From assembly GCA_964016885.1 (NCBI GenBank), contig OZ024755.1:30194001-30258000 (forward strand): a DNA stretch of 64,000 nt. Reading direction: 5' to 3'. The translations under genes were made by a program, and so were the position numbers. Below are positions 14,168 through 32,856 of this stretch, one piece after another. Source of the stretch: Eledone cirrhosa (lineage: Eukaryota). Below the pieces are notes generated by a model. That model did no database searches, was not told the origin of the DNA, and worked only from the letters and a program-made list of their open reading frames with translations. The stretch's first letter is position 1; each line of letters opens with the position of its first letter.

Positions 14168-14525
14168 GATGTGACACAAAAAGATATATATAATTAAGAG
14201 TCATATATCATAAGAATAGAGGAGAAGGAACTATGATATAGTATGTTAGATGCCTTCGATAAGGTGAAGCGTGGTCAATGCTTAAAGATGCGAGATTAAA
14301 TACTATAGTGGAATTAACATTTATGGAGAGTTTATATGCAGAGCATAAGCAGAGCATAAGCAGAGCGGGTGTATGGTGAAATTTATGATGGAGAAAGCAA
14401 GACATTTAATAAGAAAATGTATTCCTTACACAGTGTTTCGTCACTAAGTATATTAATAATTCAACATCTATTTTTGCGCACACACAGACACACACACGCA
14501 CAAAAAAACAAAAACATACACACAC

Positions 14526-14563
<38 letters not shown>

Positions 14564-14611
14564 ATGCATACGTACATATATATGGTGTATGTGTGCGTGT
14601 GTATGTAAATA

Positions 14612-14642
<31 letters not shown>

Positions 14643-15180
14643 TTGGTCGTTTTGGAAGCCTCAACAATGCAGATGGGTAAGTCTCCGAGTAACAGAATCT
14701 GGTGGGGAAGAGAGAGATGTAAGGGAATGTAGCATGAAATGTATAGTGTGTGGAGGAACGCAGGAAAGAGCGTAACAAATAAAAATAATAACACAAGATA
14801 GAGTTACCTTGGGAGAGATTTAATTGTCCCTATATTTCGGATTCGCATCCATCAACTGGGGGGTTTTCCGTGGGGGGGAGGGAGTTATCTGGTGGGGAGG
14901 AACGGTACGTGTCCTCTGCTGTCCGCTGTTTGTGACTCACAAACTATTAAATCTCTCCCAAGGTAACTCTATCTCGTATTATTATTTTTATTTTTTACGC
15001 TCTTTCCTACTTTCCCCTACACACTATACATCTCATTCTACATTCCCTTACATCTCTCTCTTCCCCACCGGATTCTGTTACCGGAGATTTACCCATCTGC
15101 ATTGTTGAGGCTTCCAAAACGACCAAAAACATATATCTTATTATTACACAATGCTTCAAGCAAACTTCAATACTCTCTTA
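14643..15180 (+). mobile_element. Fold-back element family D: ~180-bp inverted arms plus ~55-nt 3' tail
   Basis: 14643-14822 is the diverged reverse complement of 14947-15126; a degenerate hammerhead remnant (GGAU-GCGA-AUCC-GAAA) lies on the minus strand at ~14828-14860; flanked by (TA)n. Confidence 0.7.
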
Positions 15181-15198
15181 TATATATATATTTATATA

Positions 15199-15392
15199 TA
15201 ACGAAGGAAATGTGGTAAGGAACCAGATGGACCATAACGCACCAAAGCACTCAATACTTAGGGTAGTAGAGTGGGTAATAGGAACGAGTAGGACCCCGAC
15301 GGCTGAGCTCTAGCCGTTTCGACGGCTAATTCTGGACTAAAAATTTAGTCCAGAATTAGCCGTCGAAACGGCTTGAGCTCAGCCGTCGGAGT

Positions 15393-15396
<4 letters not shown>
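15199..15396. mobile_element. Fold-back element family C with terminal hairpin 15289-15396
   Basis: Same sequence family as 21644-21913 and 60228-60335; carries the half hammerhead GAAA-CGGC...GCCG-UC. Confidence 0.75.
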
Positions 15397-15461
<65 letters not shown>

Positions 15462-15471
15462 TAGCATAGCA

Positions 15472-15506
<35 letters not shown>

Positions 15507-15661
15507 TGTTTCTACTTTTGATACAAGGCCAGCAATTATCCCGGTGTATTACTGGTACTCTATTTTATCGACCTCGTAATGATGAAAGGCAAAGTTACAT
15601 GGCGTCCGTCACTCTACCAATACTACCAATCCACGAAGGGAACGGACAAAGATGATGTTCT

Positions 15662-15729
<68 letters not shown>

Positions 15730-15786
15730 TACATATATATATATACAAACGTACATACGTATATATATATATACAACCGTACATAC

Positions 15787-15830
<44 letters not shown>

Positions 15831-15862
15831 AGATCAAAAGATGGTTAAAGGAGTTCCATATA

Positions 15863-15929
15863 TTTTATTATGCGCATTTCAAAAACAAACATCATCAAGC
15901 AATAATATTTGTGTTTTCATCAGATAAAA
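15863..15929 (-). ncRNA. Minimal type I hammerhead ribozyme (family B, within deleted element 15823-15943)
   Basis: UUUUAU-CUGAUGA, 16-position stem II with four G-U pairs and one mismatch, GAAA-U-GCGC-A-UA^AUAAAA; 6-bp stem I. Confidence 0.85.
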
Positions 15930-15944
15930 ACTCACCTCCTACAC

Positions 15945-16000
<56 letters not shown>

Positions 16001-16704
16001 TATACATATATATATACAAACGTACATATGTATATACGTTCCGTGTATTGATGTAAGGTTTGATAGCTTGTGCATTAAACAAAAATGTAGAGGCTAATGA
16101 AATGGCTTGGTTGAACGATTTCAGTGGTCTGTATTGGGACTGTTGATAACAGCGAAGGGGTAAGGGGCAGAGATCAGTTGTTTATCTTTTAGAATTTCTT
16201 TGGCCAGATTCTCCCTCTCTCTATCACTCATTCTTTCTCACTATCACTATCATTCTCTCTATCTATCTACCTATCTCTCTTTCACTCACGCTCTTTCTCT
16301 CTATCTCACGCACACATCCTTATCGCTGTTAGATCACCCACACCTATAACACAATGTTTCAAGAAATATATTATCTAATCTGTTTAGGAAGTAGCGTGTG
16401 GCAAGTACCATATTTGGTTGCCATACCCAGTCGGCGGTATGATTCTCTTCCATTTTTTCCTAGCCAGCACAGAGATGTCGGAGTCAAAGTTTCATTTACG
16501 AGTTGCCTCCCATACTGTACTGCGCATAAATATCAATAAATTACCTGTTGTTATATATGTCTGAGAGTTCTTTCCCTTTTCGGTTTTATCTTTACTTTAT
16601 ATGATTTGATTCTTAATTTACTTGCTCCCTTCCACCCCCCCCCCCCCTCTTTCTCTTTACATATATATATATAAATATATATATATATAAATATATATAT
16701 AAAT

Positions 16705-16739
<35 letters not shown>

Positions 16740-16909
16740 AATATATATATATATTGTTATACTTTGGGAGGGTCATGTTTCCAATAAGAAACACACGCAC
16801 CAGTTGCTTTCACTTCAATTTAATTTATTATATATTTATAAATTTACAAATTTATAAATTTCTGGTTGGTTGGTTGGTTCCACAACCAGATAGTTGTGTA
16901 TATATATAT

Positions 16910-16954
16910 AGTCATAGTTCTTTCGTCACACACTCTGTGACCTCTTCAGTGACT
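16910..16954 (-). ncRNA. Hammerhead ribozyme motif (family A)
   Basis: AGUCA-CUGAAGA-G-GUCACA/UGUGAC-GAAA-G-AA-C-UA^UGACU. Confidence 0.7.
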
Positions 16955-17353
16955 GGGGATTTCTTTCTTCGTTTCTGTGCCTTTCCTTTCTTCTATCCCA
17001 CGCCATTTTGTTTGTTTGTCCACACACAAGAAAGACGCAATGTTTAGGCAAATTACAGAGGCAGTAAGCATAAAAGAATTAAAACCAAAATTAAATTAAA
17101 TAGAAAATATGAGTGGAACAGCAACATCACAACTTACAATTAAGGACAAAATAAAAACACACACACACATAGAACAAACAACTTACAATTGAAAACACAC
17201 ACAAAATGAAAACACACACAAGACAAAATGAACACAAACACACACAGACTCCCGGATGTGGCGCATGCGCAAACTGAGCACGCAACCCACACACAAACAA
17301 AATGGCGTATGATAGAAGAAAGGAAAGGCACAGAAACGAAGAAAGAAATCCCC

Positions 17354-17398
17354 AGTCACTGAAGAGGTCACAGAGTGTGTGACGAAAGAACTATGACT
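17354..17398 (+). ncRNA. Hammerhead ribozyme motif (family A)
   Basis: AGTCA-CTGAAGA-G-GTCACA-GAGTG-TGTGAC-GAAA-GAAC-TA^TGACT; 5-bp stem I, 6-bp stem II, very short stem III. Confidence 0.7.
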
Positions 17399-17623
17399 AT
17401 ATATATATAAACAACTATCTGGTTGTGGAACCAACCAACCAACCAGAAATTTATAAATTTGTAAATTTATAAATATATAATAAATTAAATTGAAGTGAAA
17501 GCAACGGGTGCGTGTGTTTCTTATTGGCAACATGACCCTCCCAAAGTATAACAATATCGGTTTCAACACACGATTTCAGATAAAGAATCTTGCTAAACAA
17601 ATTCAGAAACGATATATATATAT

Positions 17624-17658
<35 letters not shown>

Positions 17659-17665
17659 AATATAC

Positions 17666-17712
<47 letters not shown>

Positions 17713-17719
17713 TACATAA

Positions 17720-17752
<33 letters not shown>

Positions 17753-17761
17753 AATATATAT

Positions 17762-17799
<38 letters not shown>

Positions 17800-17807
17800 T
17801 TATTAAA

Positions 17808-18230
17808 TCTATATATATAAAACTGAGGTTGCCTGTCTGTCTACTAAAACCTTCGGCACACATCTCCTCTTAAACCGTACGTTCAAATTTCGGTGAAATT
17901 GCTACACTTATAGATGTAGGTCCGGCGGAACCATCGGTCAAATAATTTTCAAATGTTCTTGTTTTTGATTATGTCATCTATATATATAAAACTGAGGTTG
18001 TCTGTCTGTCTACTAAAACCTTCGGCACACATCTCCTCTTAAACCGTACGTTCAAATTTCGGTGAAATTGCTACACTTATAGATGAAGGTCCGGCGGAAC
18101 CATCGGTCAAATAAATGTTCAAATAAGTTCTTGTTTTTGATTATGTCATCTATATATATAAAGCTGTGGTTGGCTGTCTGTCTATCGATTTTTGGCACAC
18201 ATCTCCCAGTATGGACATTGCACGATATAC
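17808..18230 (+). mobile_element. Tandemly reiterated Helitron 5' ends (~169-bp unit, about 2.4 copies)
   Basis: Each unit begins A|TCTATATATATAAA; no 3' hairpin-CTAG was found. Confidence 0.65.
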
Positions 18231-18291
18231 TATTATTAATAATTATTAATTCATTCTATTGTGCAATGCCTTTGTGTGAAGATACTTTTTA

Positions 18292-18705
18292 AAGTGAAGA
18301 AAGACTGTGCACTGAGCCAATCCCACTCTCTGAGCGACAGTAGCTATAACCCGAAAAGAAGAAAAGATCAACATCATCGGTAACTACTGAGCCGCAGGTT
18401 TTATATTGGAGTTATCCCAGTTTCCTGAGTTGCCTTCTCCTGACAAAGGCTAGGGGTCTTTCACTCCCAATGGTTTAACCGCGCGGTACATGTGTATATA
18501 CATATTTACACAATTTTGGATGGTAGTTGACTCTTATGAGTTCTTCCGCCCTTTGTTAGGTTTTGTTTTTTTTCCTGCATGGTGTCCAAAATCACCCTCC
18601 TCACAAGTAAACTTGGTGGGGGTTGCCGGTTTAGTCGCCGACGACCCGACCATGCGACAGGTTGTACTGGGTTACATGTTACCAGTAGCACTTAAGAGTG
18701 ACCCG
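18292..18705 (-). mobile_element. RTE-derived non-autonomous fragments (related to 45545-45770, 32080-32370 and 26403-27008)
   Basis: Shared blocks GCCAATCCCACTCT, AACATCATCGG, GCAGGTTTTATA, TGACAAAGGCTAGGGG and TTTAGTCGCC. Confidence 0.65.
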
Positions 18706-18722
18706 ACATACATCTATATACA

Positions 18723-18774
<52 letters not shown>

Positions 18775-18787
18775 CATATATATATAT

Positions 18788-20010
<1,223 letters not shown>

Positions 20011-21282
20011 TGCCTCCTATGTAAAGACCTTGTATATTCGCCGATATTGTACGATTCACCGATATTGCACCGTAGTGTATCCAAATGATAAAAGCTATCC
20101 GTTTGCAATTTATGGTCACGGAAGGATCTGGACACTTATAAATCATATAACAATGCTAAGAAAGATTTACTGTTTATACGTTACGGTGACTGTACTCTGT
20201 TGCATAGAATGGGAAACTAAAAAGTACCAGAGGTTCGCCAGGGACACAAAGCTATTGCTTGTGACATGAGAAGAACAAATTATATCTAGTTTAATTCTCT
20301 CGTTCACTATTGACTCTGTCGTTTAGGTTTTCACTTAGAATCTATTTTGTGGACAATTTATTCTTACACATTATTCTATTTGCCTACTGTTTGCAAATCT
20401 ACGGTAAACCACCATCTTGCGGGGAAACGCCTTCTCCATTCTGTTTTCCGGGTCTGTGGAGAGACCAGCATGTGGGACCCCATTTGCTCACCACACGGAG
20501 AGATGGGAAGGGCGAGGGAGAAGGAGGCGATAGCAGTGGGAGTTCGGCTATTCTTTCATGTTTACTTGGGTTAATATTTTCTATTGTAATTTTGTATGTT
20601 GTTAAACCCTGAGTACCAACAATTCGGAAAAAGGGATGTAAAGAGACAAAGAATGGCGGAAATATGATAGAATAAATAGTTAAATAAATAAAGAGAATAA
20701 GAAAGAAAAAGTTGGAGATAGAGGAATTGCGAGGAAGTGTGATGATGCTAGAGAAATTGTGGTGTTGGGAAGATGTTACTTGTGGAGATCTGTCTGTTCA
20801 CGACAGCAAACGATATTATTAATGAATCACTCATCAATAAACGAGGAAATATATTTCTACTTGTCAAGAGTACTTAATCGAACATGAAAGCCATCAAGAT
20901 ATATGATTAAAATATCTTAGAGAGTCAGATATATATGCTTGAAATATCGAAAGAAAATTTCCTTGTAGAATATTTTAAATAGTTTAATGACGTGGGTGCC
21001 ATTTTGTATATAAAAAGAAACAATAAAATACTTGGTTCTGAATAACAATTAAGGAACAATCCATACAAAAATGAATAGACGGCTGTCAACTTATGTAGGT
21101 GTGAAGTATCGATTCATTGATAATACAAACTTCGATTCAGTGTCTTCGATAGATATACTTCCATTGACGCGAATGCTTATATATATATATAAGATATATA
21201 TTGGGTTAGGAACTCAAAATAGTCTCTTACAATTAAATAGCTCAAAGAAAGAAGTTTTTTCTGAGCCGTGTAATATAATTGA

Positions 21283-21575
21283 ATATACAAGAGAGATAAA
21301 CACAAATATAAACATACATGTGTTCGAATTGTAAGGGACCAAGTTCGCTAGGGTGAAAAAAATACTAACTATAACAATATGTGGTTTGCCAAACTCAATT
21401 TAAAGTAAGAAATCAAGGCAGTTGCTCAATATAGGCTTGTTTTTCTTTTTCTTGATTTCTTACTTTAAATTGAGTCTGGGAAAGCATATTATTATAGTTA
21501 GTATTTTTTCACCCTAGTGAACTGGGTCCCTTATAATTCGAACACATGTATGTTTATATTTGTGTTTATCTCTCT

Positions 21576-21582
<7 letters not shown>
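21283..21582. mobile_element. Fold-back element with ~135-bp inverted arms; related sequence at 160-277
   Basis: Left arm ATATACAAGAGAGATAAACAC...AAGAAATCAAG is mirrored by the right arm; no hammerhead seen. Confidence 0.7.
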
Positions 21583-21643
<61 letters not shown>

Positions 21644-21646
<3 letters not shown>

Positions 21647-21913
21647 CGAAGGAATAGTGGTAAGGAACCAGATGGACCATAACGCACCAAAGTACTCAAT
21701 ACTTAGAGTAGTAGAGTGGATAATAGGAACAAGTATGACCCCGACGGCAGAGCTCAAGCCGTTTCGACTGCTATTTCCAGAAATAGCCGTCGAAACGGCT
21801 TGAGCTCTGCCGTCGGGGTCATACTTGTTCCTATTATCCACTCTACTACTCTAAGTATTGAGTACTTTGGTGCGTTATGGTCCATCTGGTTCCTTACCAC
21901 TATTCCTTCGTTA
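21644..21913. mobile_element. 270-bp near-perfect palindrome, family C
   Basis: Arms are identical except one mismatch near the 2-nt centre (21778-21779); (TA)n on both sides. Confidence 0.9.
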
Positions 21914-21973
21914 TATATATATGTATATATATACATACATAAATTATATATATATATATATATACATACATAC

Positions 21974-22021
<48 letters not shown>

Positions 22022-22078
22022 ACATATATATATATATCAATAAATTATACAATTATCAAAGTTGTGTTCAAATCATTT

Positions 22079-22130
22079 AATAGCTGAAAATCGTTTCTTC
22101 CAAACTCTCGTTTGGAATCATCGGAGTATT
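22079..22130 (-). ncRNA. Degenerate hammerhead ribozyme motif
   Basis: AAUACU-CCGAUGA-UUCCAAAC-GAGA-GUUUGGAA-GAAA-CGAUUU-UC^AGCUAUU; perfect 8-bp stem II with GNRA loop; U4C change and broken stem III. Confidence 0.6.
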
Positions 22131-22713
22131 ATCAATGTTTGCACATATAATTCACCTCCTATTCAACTGAACAATAATATAGATACATATAAATTGATGT
22201 TGTGAGCAACGGTTTCGTATTTACAGGGTGGGATGGATGCGACATATATTTTATGGATGCGACAATACATAAACACAGCTCTAACTGCAGTATTTATTCT
22301 TCTATGTATGCATAATAGCTTTGCTTGTCTCCTTCTCATGTATATGACCTACGCCTGCACATGAATTGTTATCGCACTCTTCCTTTCTCAAAACTGCTTC
22401 ATCAATGCCTCCTTAATATTTGGACTGTTCCCTTGTTTTAACTGTTGCATGTATTCCACCCCATGCTTTTGATTTTGTTTTTGTTTTAATTTTGATTTTG
22501 ATTTTAATTTGAACTTGAATGCTTGTACAATTATGGTACAATTGTCGTAAAATATATGTCGCATTTGATAATTGTATAATTTAATTGCTCTGTAAAACAA
22601 CTGATGTTCATACATTGAGCTATTTCCCTTACTGATAATAAGGTTATTAAGAAATTACTGACCTTCCTGTTTGTGGTTGTTTATACTGTATACATAACTA
22701 CAAATAGTATTAT

Positions 22714-22849
<136 letters not shown>

Positions 22850-22912
22850 ATTTTGAATAGCGCCAGCTCGTAATTTGATCTCGGGAATTTTATATTCTCC
22901 GAGTGAAAAGAT

Positions 22913-22997
22913 CCTTCTGACGAGAGTGTATCTTTGCAATGGATTGCCGTCAGGACTGTCCATTTATTTTTGAGACTCGAAACCGATTCGGTAAAGG
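22913..22997 (+). ncRNA. Canonical type I hammerhead ribozyme
   Basis: CCTT-CTGACGA-GAGT...ACTC-GAAA-CCG-ATT-CGG-TA^AAGG; all three stems form; GUA cleavage triplet. Confidence 0.85.
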
Positions 22998-23082
22998 TAA
23001 CCATAGTGAGTACAGTTAATTTTTTAAAATTTATTTTGAAACTTTTTCTTATTTGCTAAACCTTGATTATATATATATATAT

Positions 23083-23623
23083 GGTGGCTGCCAACTCGTT
23101 TTCGAGTACGGCCACTACTTTATATCCATGTAGAAATCCTACCGATGCGCTGAACGAGTGTGACTTTTTAGTCCAGCCAGCGACTTGAAAACTCTGGTAC
23201 AAACACTACACTTGTGACAATTACAAAGCAATGCCTGTGCCGTGAAGCTTTTATAGTGAGCAAAGGCACTGCACAAAGCCAGTCCCACTCTCTTAACCAA
23301 GATGATATTTACCAAAAGGAAGAACAAGTCAACATCATTCGATACCATCAGAGTTGCAGGTGTTATATCAGAGTTTTTCTTCTCCTAGAATTCTGCCTTG
23401 ACAAAGGCTAAGGGGTCATCTCTACCTGTGATTTTGGATGGCCATTGACTCTTAAGAGCTCCTTTGCCCTTTGACAGGTTTTATTTTTAGTCCTGCAGGA
23501 TGTCCAAAGTCACCCTCCTCACCAAGAAACCTTGGTGGGGTTGCCAGTTTAGTCGCCAACGACGCGACCATGAGACAGGTTGTACTGGGATACATGTTAC
23601 CAGTAGAACCAACTGGTGACCTG
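23083..23623 (-). mobile_element. Short non-autonomous RTE-derived element (5' UTR joined to 3' end)
   Basis: Near-identical to 26403-27008; the 3' part encodes [22 protein letters not shown], a C2H2 motif like the C-terminus of BovB-type RTE ORFs. Confidence 0.75.
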
Positions 23624-23699
23624 ATATATATATATATATATATATATACATACATATACACTCTCAAGAGCGTGAAACCAATAAACTTTTGTTCGCGTT

Positions 23700-29310
<5,611 letters not shown>

Positions 29311-29399
29311 AGTGTATTTTGCAATACACGTATGCTTAATTAAAAGCATTTCGAAGACCTTATGCTATTGTTTTAGAGTAGTGACAGACTCACTTACTT

Positions 29400-29950
29400 T
29401 AATTTCAGCAAACAGGGGGAGATAAAGCTTACAAGGCCTTGTTTCGCATTTATTGATGCTTATGAAAGCCAACCACTCCTCCTCTTTGCTGAATTCATTG
29501 CTTAATTGACTAGAACATTCCATTGAATGGAGAAATTCACGTCTGCATCTTTGAGTGACCATACACGGCTTGCCATTTCGTGGACGATTGCTTATCAGAA
29601 TGTCTAAAGGCCTTCGGGTGGTTACGGAAGCGTTCATTAAGACGGCCATCCAACATGCCTGCATATGTTTTGACCTCCTGTTGATTCGGACAAATGAATG
29701 TAACATCAGCCTCATAGACGACAGCGGGTATGTTACACTGTTGTTGAAGTGGGCATGCTTGTGGTCTTCTGCAAGAGCATCCGGCTGGGATAAACCTCTT
29801 GGGGTTGGTGGTGATGTGGCCTTTCATATTGTTAGCAAAGGAATATCCGAGTTTCACTCCGTATCTATTGATGATAGGTCTGTATAGATGTCCTATGGGG
29901 AAGTGTTTATCTAGGAACTCCGAGAATTTCCTACACATTTCCAGCACGGA
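29400..29950 (-). mobile_element. Penelope-like element (Neptune-type) GIY-YIG endonuclease fragment, decayed
   Basis: LDKHFP..H.Y..IINR..VKLGYS...NM, Cys linker CSCR....CPL...C, VVYEADV...KTYAG...ERFRNH..AFR; frameshifted downstream. Confidence 0.85.
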
Positions 29951-30142
29951 TTAGCAGATTATTCACACCCACACCACATGGAAGATTGATATTCTACCTT
30001 GTGAGCGCTCTTTATACCCTTGTGCCATACACAGCCAGTGCCTTACCAACCTTAGACTGGATCCATACGAGCTGGATTTCTCCTTGAAGGACATTAAATA
30101 ATATATAAATCGTTTGAATAGTATGTATGACATTATGGATAA

Positions 30143-30224
30143 TTAGTTTTGCTTAGAAAAGTATCCTAAAGCAGTAAATAATATCACAAGTGACATGAAA
30201 CTGCGATCCAGTTTCAATACATAG
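30143..30224 (-). CDS. Candidate terminal exon encoding a hydrophobic GPI-signal-like C-terminus
   Basis: Branch-like ACTAA and TATTTTCAG acceptor, then (phase 2) YVLKLDRSFMSLVILFTALGYFSKQN*; linkage to the upstream exons needs an unproven intermediate exon. Confidence 0.35.
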
Positions 30225-30539
30225 CTGAAAATATTTCATTTTGTTTTAGTCGCTATTGCTTTTAAAACTTGTACGAACATTATTCACTTTCACGATAGGT
30301 TTGTGGCAAATTGTAGAAATTCCTTGGGAAATCACTAAAAAGATGGTTGAGAGAATAGGACATCAAGTAATATACGTTAATATGTAACCAATATCGTTTT
30401 GAGTTCAGTTCATCACTATAAAGTACATTGTTCCATGAACACTAGCAAGTTCTCATGTACATGTATATGGTAGCGGTTGCATGATAGTGTCCCCTGATCG
30501 CCAGAATTTTCTAGATGCATTAGTGCGTGCCGTGAACCA

Positions 30540-30858
30540 TATACATATACACCAGGTCACATCACAAAAGAACAAAACTCCCCCTGTCATTTCCTCCGTC
30601 CCTCCTGCTCTCCTCATCTCTCATATACACCAGGTCCCATCACAAGAGAACAAAACTCCCCCTGTCATTTCCTCCGTCCCTCCTGCTCTCCCCATCTCTC
30701 ATATACACCAGCTCCCATCACAAGAGAACAAAACTCCCCCTGTCATTTCCTCCGTCTCTCCCACTCTCCACATCTCTCATATACACCAGGTCCCATCACA
30801 AGAGAACAAAACTCCCCCTGTCATTTCCTCCGTCTCTCCCACTCTCCACATCTCTCAC
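30540..30858. repeat. Minisatellite, 78-bp unit, about 4 copies
   Basis: CATATACACCAGGTCCCATCACAAGAGAACAAAACTCCCCCTGTCATTTCCTCCGTC... recurs at 78-bp spacing. Confidence 0.92.
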
Positions 30859-31641
30859 TAAAAATACGTTTGTCTCTTCCCCTTTTTAGGGCTAATAACA
30901 TAAATGCCAGTATTATATGAAATCATTTCAATACGACGAAAATTAACCTTGAATATAATTCAAAAGAGAATATCAATAGTTATTTATTTATTTGTTTGGC
31001 ACCAAAGTGTAAACGGTGGGCTGTTCGTGTGCAGTGCTCGTGACCGAGTTTATCCTTTCCACTCATCCACGAGTTTATCCATTCCTGCTAACGGCTTTTG
31101 AAAAATTTTGTACGTCACAATACGGCATTTCCCTTCCGCTAGGAATTCATGTCAAGACAACATAAATCAATATTTTAATTCATCCTTTAATTCTTCAAAG
31201 ACTAAATTGCTAAGGAAGAAGAAAAAAAAACAACAAAATAAAAACACCTCCTAAAAAAAAAAAGAAAAATCTTTTTTTTTTATGTATGGTTTTCCTCAAA
31301 AACTTTTTTTTTTTTCGCTCTAAGATCCTTTCTCTTCACATGAACTCATATTATAAAGGTTGACCTGTTTAGAACAGTACGTTTCCGATACGAAAATGAT
31401 CATTCAAAAAAGTGTTTCTAAAACAATTAGTACAAAATCAAATCATAAACTATTTTGTTGGAAAGAGGGACATAAAGAGAGAAATAAATCACCCCCACTT
31501 GCATAATATTTAATGCTGTTGCTTTTGTTGTAGTTCTCGTGTACTATTGACAAAAATATGTCGGACAATAAATATATTTTGCGCATTTTTCCAAGTTTTC
31601 ATTTACACTTTTATTGTTTTAATAGTTTTTTGTTTCTTTTC

Positions 31642-31833
31642 AGGCGGCGAATTGGCAGAGTCATAAGAACGTCGAATAGAATGCTTTACGGTATTCATTC
31701 CTGCTTTCTGCTATTGGAGCTCAAATCCTGCCGAGGCCAACTTTGCCTTTCATCCTGTCGAGGTCAATAAAATAAAGTACCAGTAATTCCTGGGTTAATT
31801 ACTCTCCTTGTGCCAAAAAGTAGAAACAATTAT
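31642..31833 (+). mobile_element. SINE family 1, diverged
   Basis: GGCGGCGAATTGGCAGAGTC...GAGCTCAAATCC...GCCTTTCATCC...AGTAGAAACAATTATT. Confidence 0.8.
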
Positions 31834-31994
31834 TTTAATAGCTTTAGTCATTGAACTGTGACACTGCTGAGGAACCGACTAAAAGGGATTTAGACGGTCA
31901 CATACCAGACATTATTGTTTCAAGTCTGGTATTTATATACTCGGTAAGGTTTGTCGAACCGTTAACAAAGACACACACACACACATACACACAA

Positions 31995-32080
<86 letters not shown>

Positions 32081-32662
32081 ATGACTGTAACTCGATTTCG
32101 AGTATGCCATCGCTTGCTACTTAAGCATGAACTCACGGATCTGGCTTTTTAATCCTGCTAGGGACTTGCCCATGGCCAATGCATCACAATAAATGTCACA
32201 TATCAAGCGATGCTTGTGCTTGAAATGTTTGTAAATGAGGAAAAGCTTTGCACGGAGCCAATCCCAGTCTCTGAACATCAAATGCATTTAACAAAGAAGA
32301 ACTGGTCTACATCATTGGATGGAAACGAAGTCGCAGGTTTTATATCAGACTGACCTTCTCCTAGAGAGATGACTCCTAGATAGATGATTTTATTATAGAA
32401 ATGCATTTAAAATTAAGGAAGAAAGCGACTTTTCAGTCAACATCCCTCCACCAAATAATGTTTGTTATAGCAAGCCATAGATTTTTTTTCTCAGTGTAAA
32501 TACGCTGATATATCTTCCCCCTGTGCCCCTCACCAATATTTTAGTAATAGATATTTAGCATAGATACATTTTCGGAAATGTAGAAAAGAAATATTTTCTT
32601 TAAATGCAAGTCCTAGTTGTTGAAATAAGATTATGTTCCTGTAGAATCTTTATAACATTATC

Positions 32663-32856
32663 CAGACCCGCTAACCCCTAAAACCCAAACGGGGTGTACC
32701 ACGAAAGAAAGTGCCTCAAAACGGGGAGAAATGAGGCAAAATGGGGAGATTTTACATAATGAAAGCTATACCCATTTTCACAAGAGAAGACATTTCCCAC
32801 CTACCCCAGAGTAGATAGGAGATCTCCCCGTTGGACAGGAAGAGTTGACAGGTCTG
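32663..32856. mobile_element. hAT-like MITE
   Basis: Imperfect TIRs CAGACCCGCTAAC / GTTGACAGGTCTG; flanks CATTATC and TATTATC resemble a TSD. Confidence 0.55.

Larger units (their letters stand above)
16753..17611 (+). mobile_element. Fold-back element family A: ~270-bp inverted arms plus ~56-nt 3' tail, with two opposed hammerheads
   Basis: 16753-17020 is nearly the perfect reverse complement of 17285-17555; embedded in (TA)n. Confidence 0.85.

Noticed and set aside
21546-22087. Two ORFs with the same peptide (MDNRNKYDPDG...) on opposite strands
   Set aside because: A consequence of the 270-bp palindrome.
23139-23222. C2H2 zinc-finger host gene
   Set aside because: The single finger lies in a dispersed repeat and matches an RTE ORF C-terminus.
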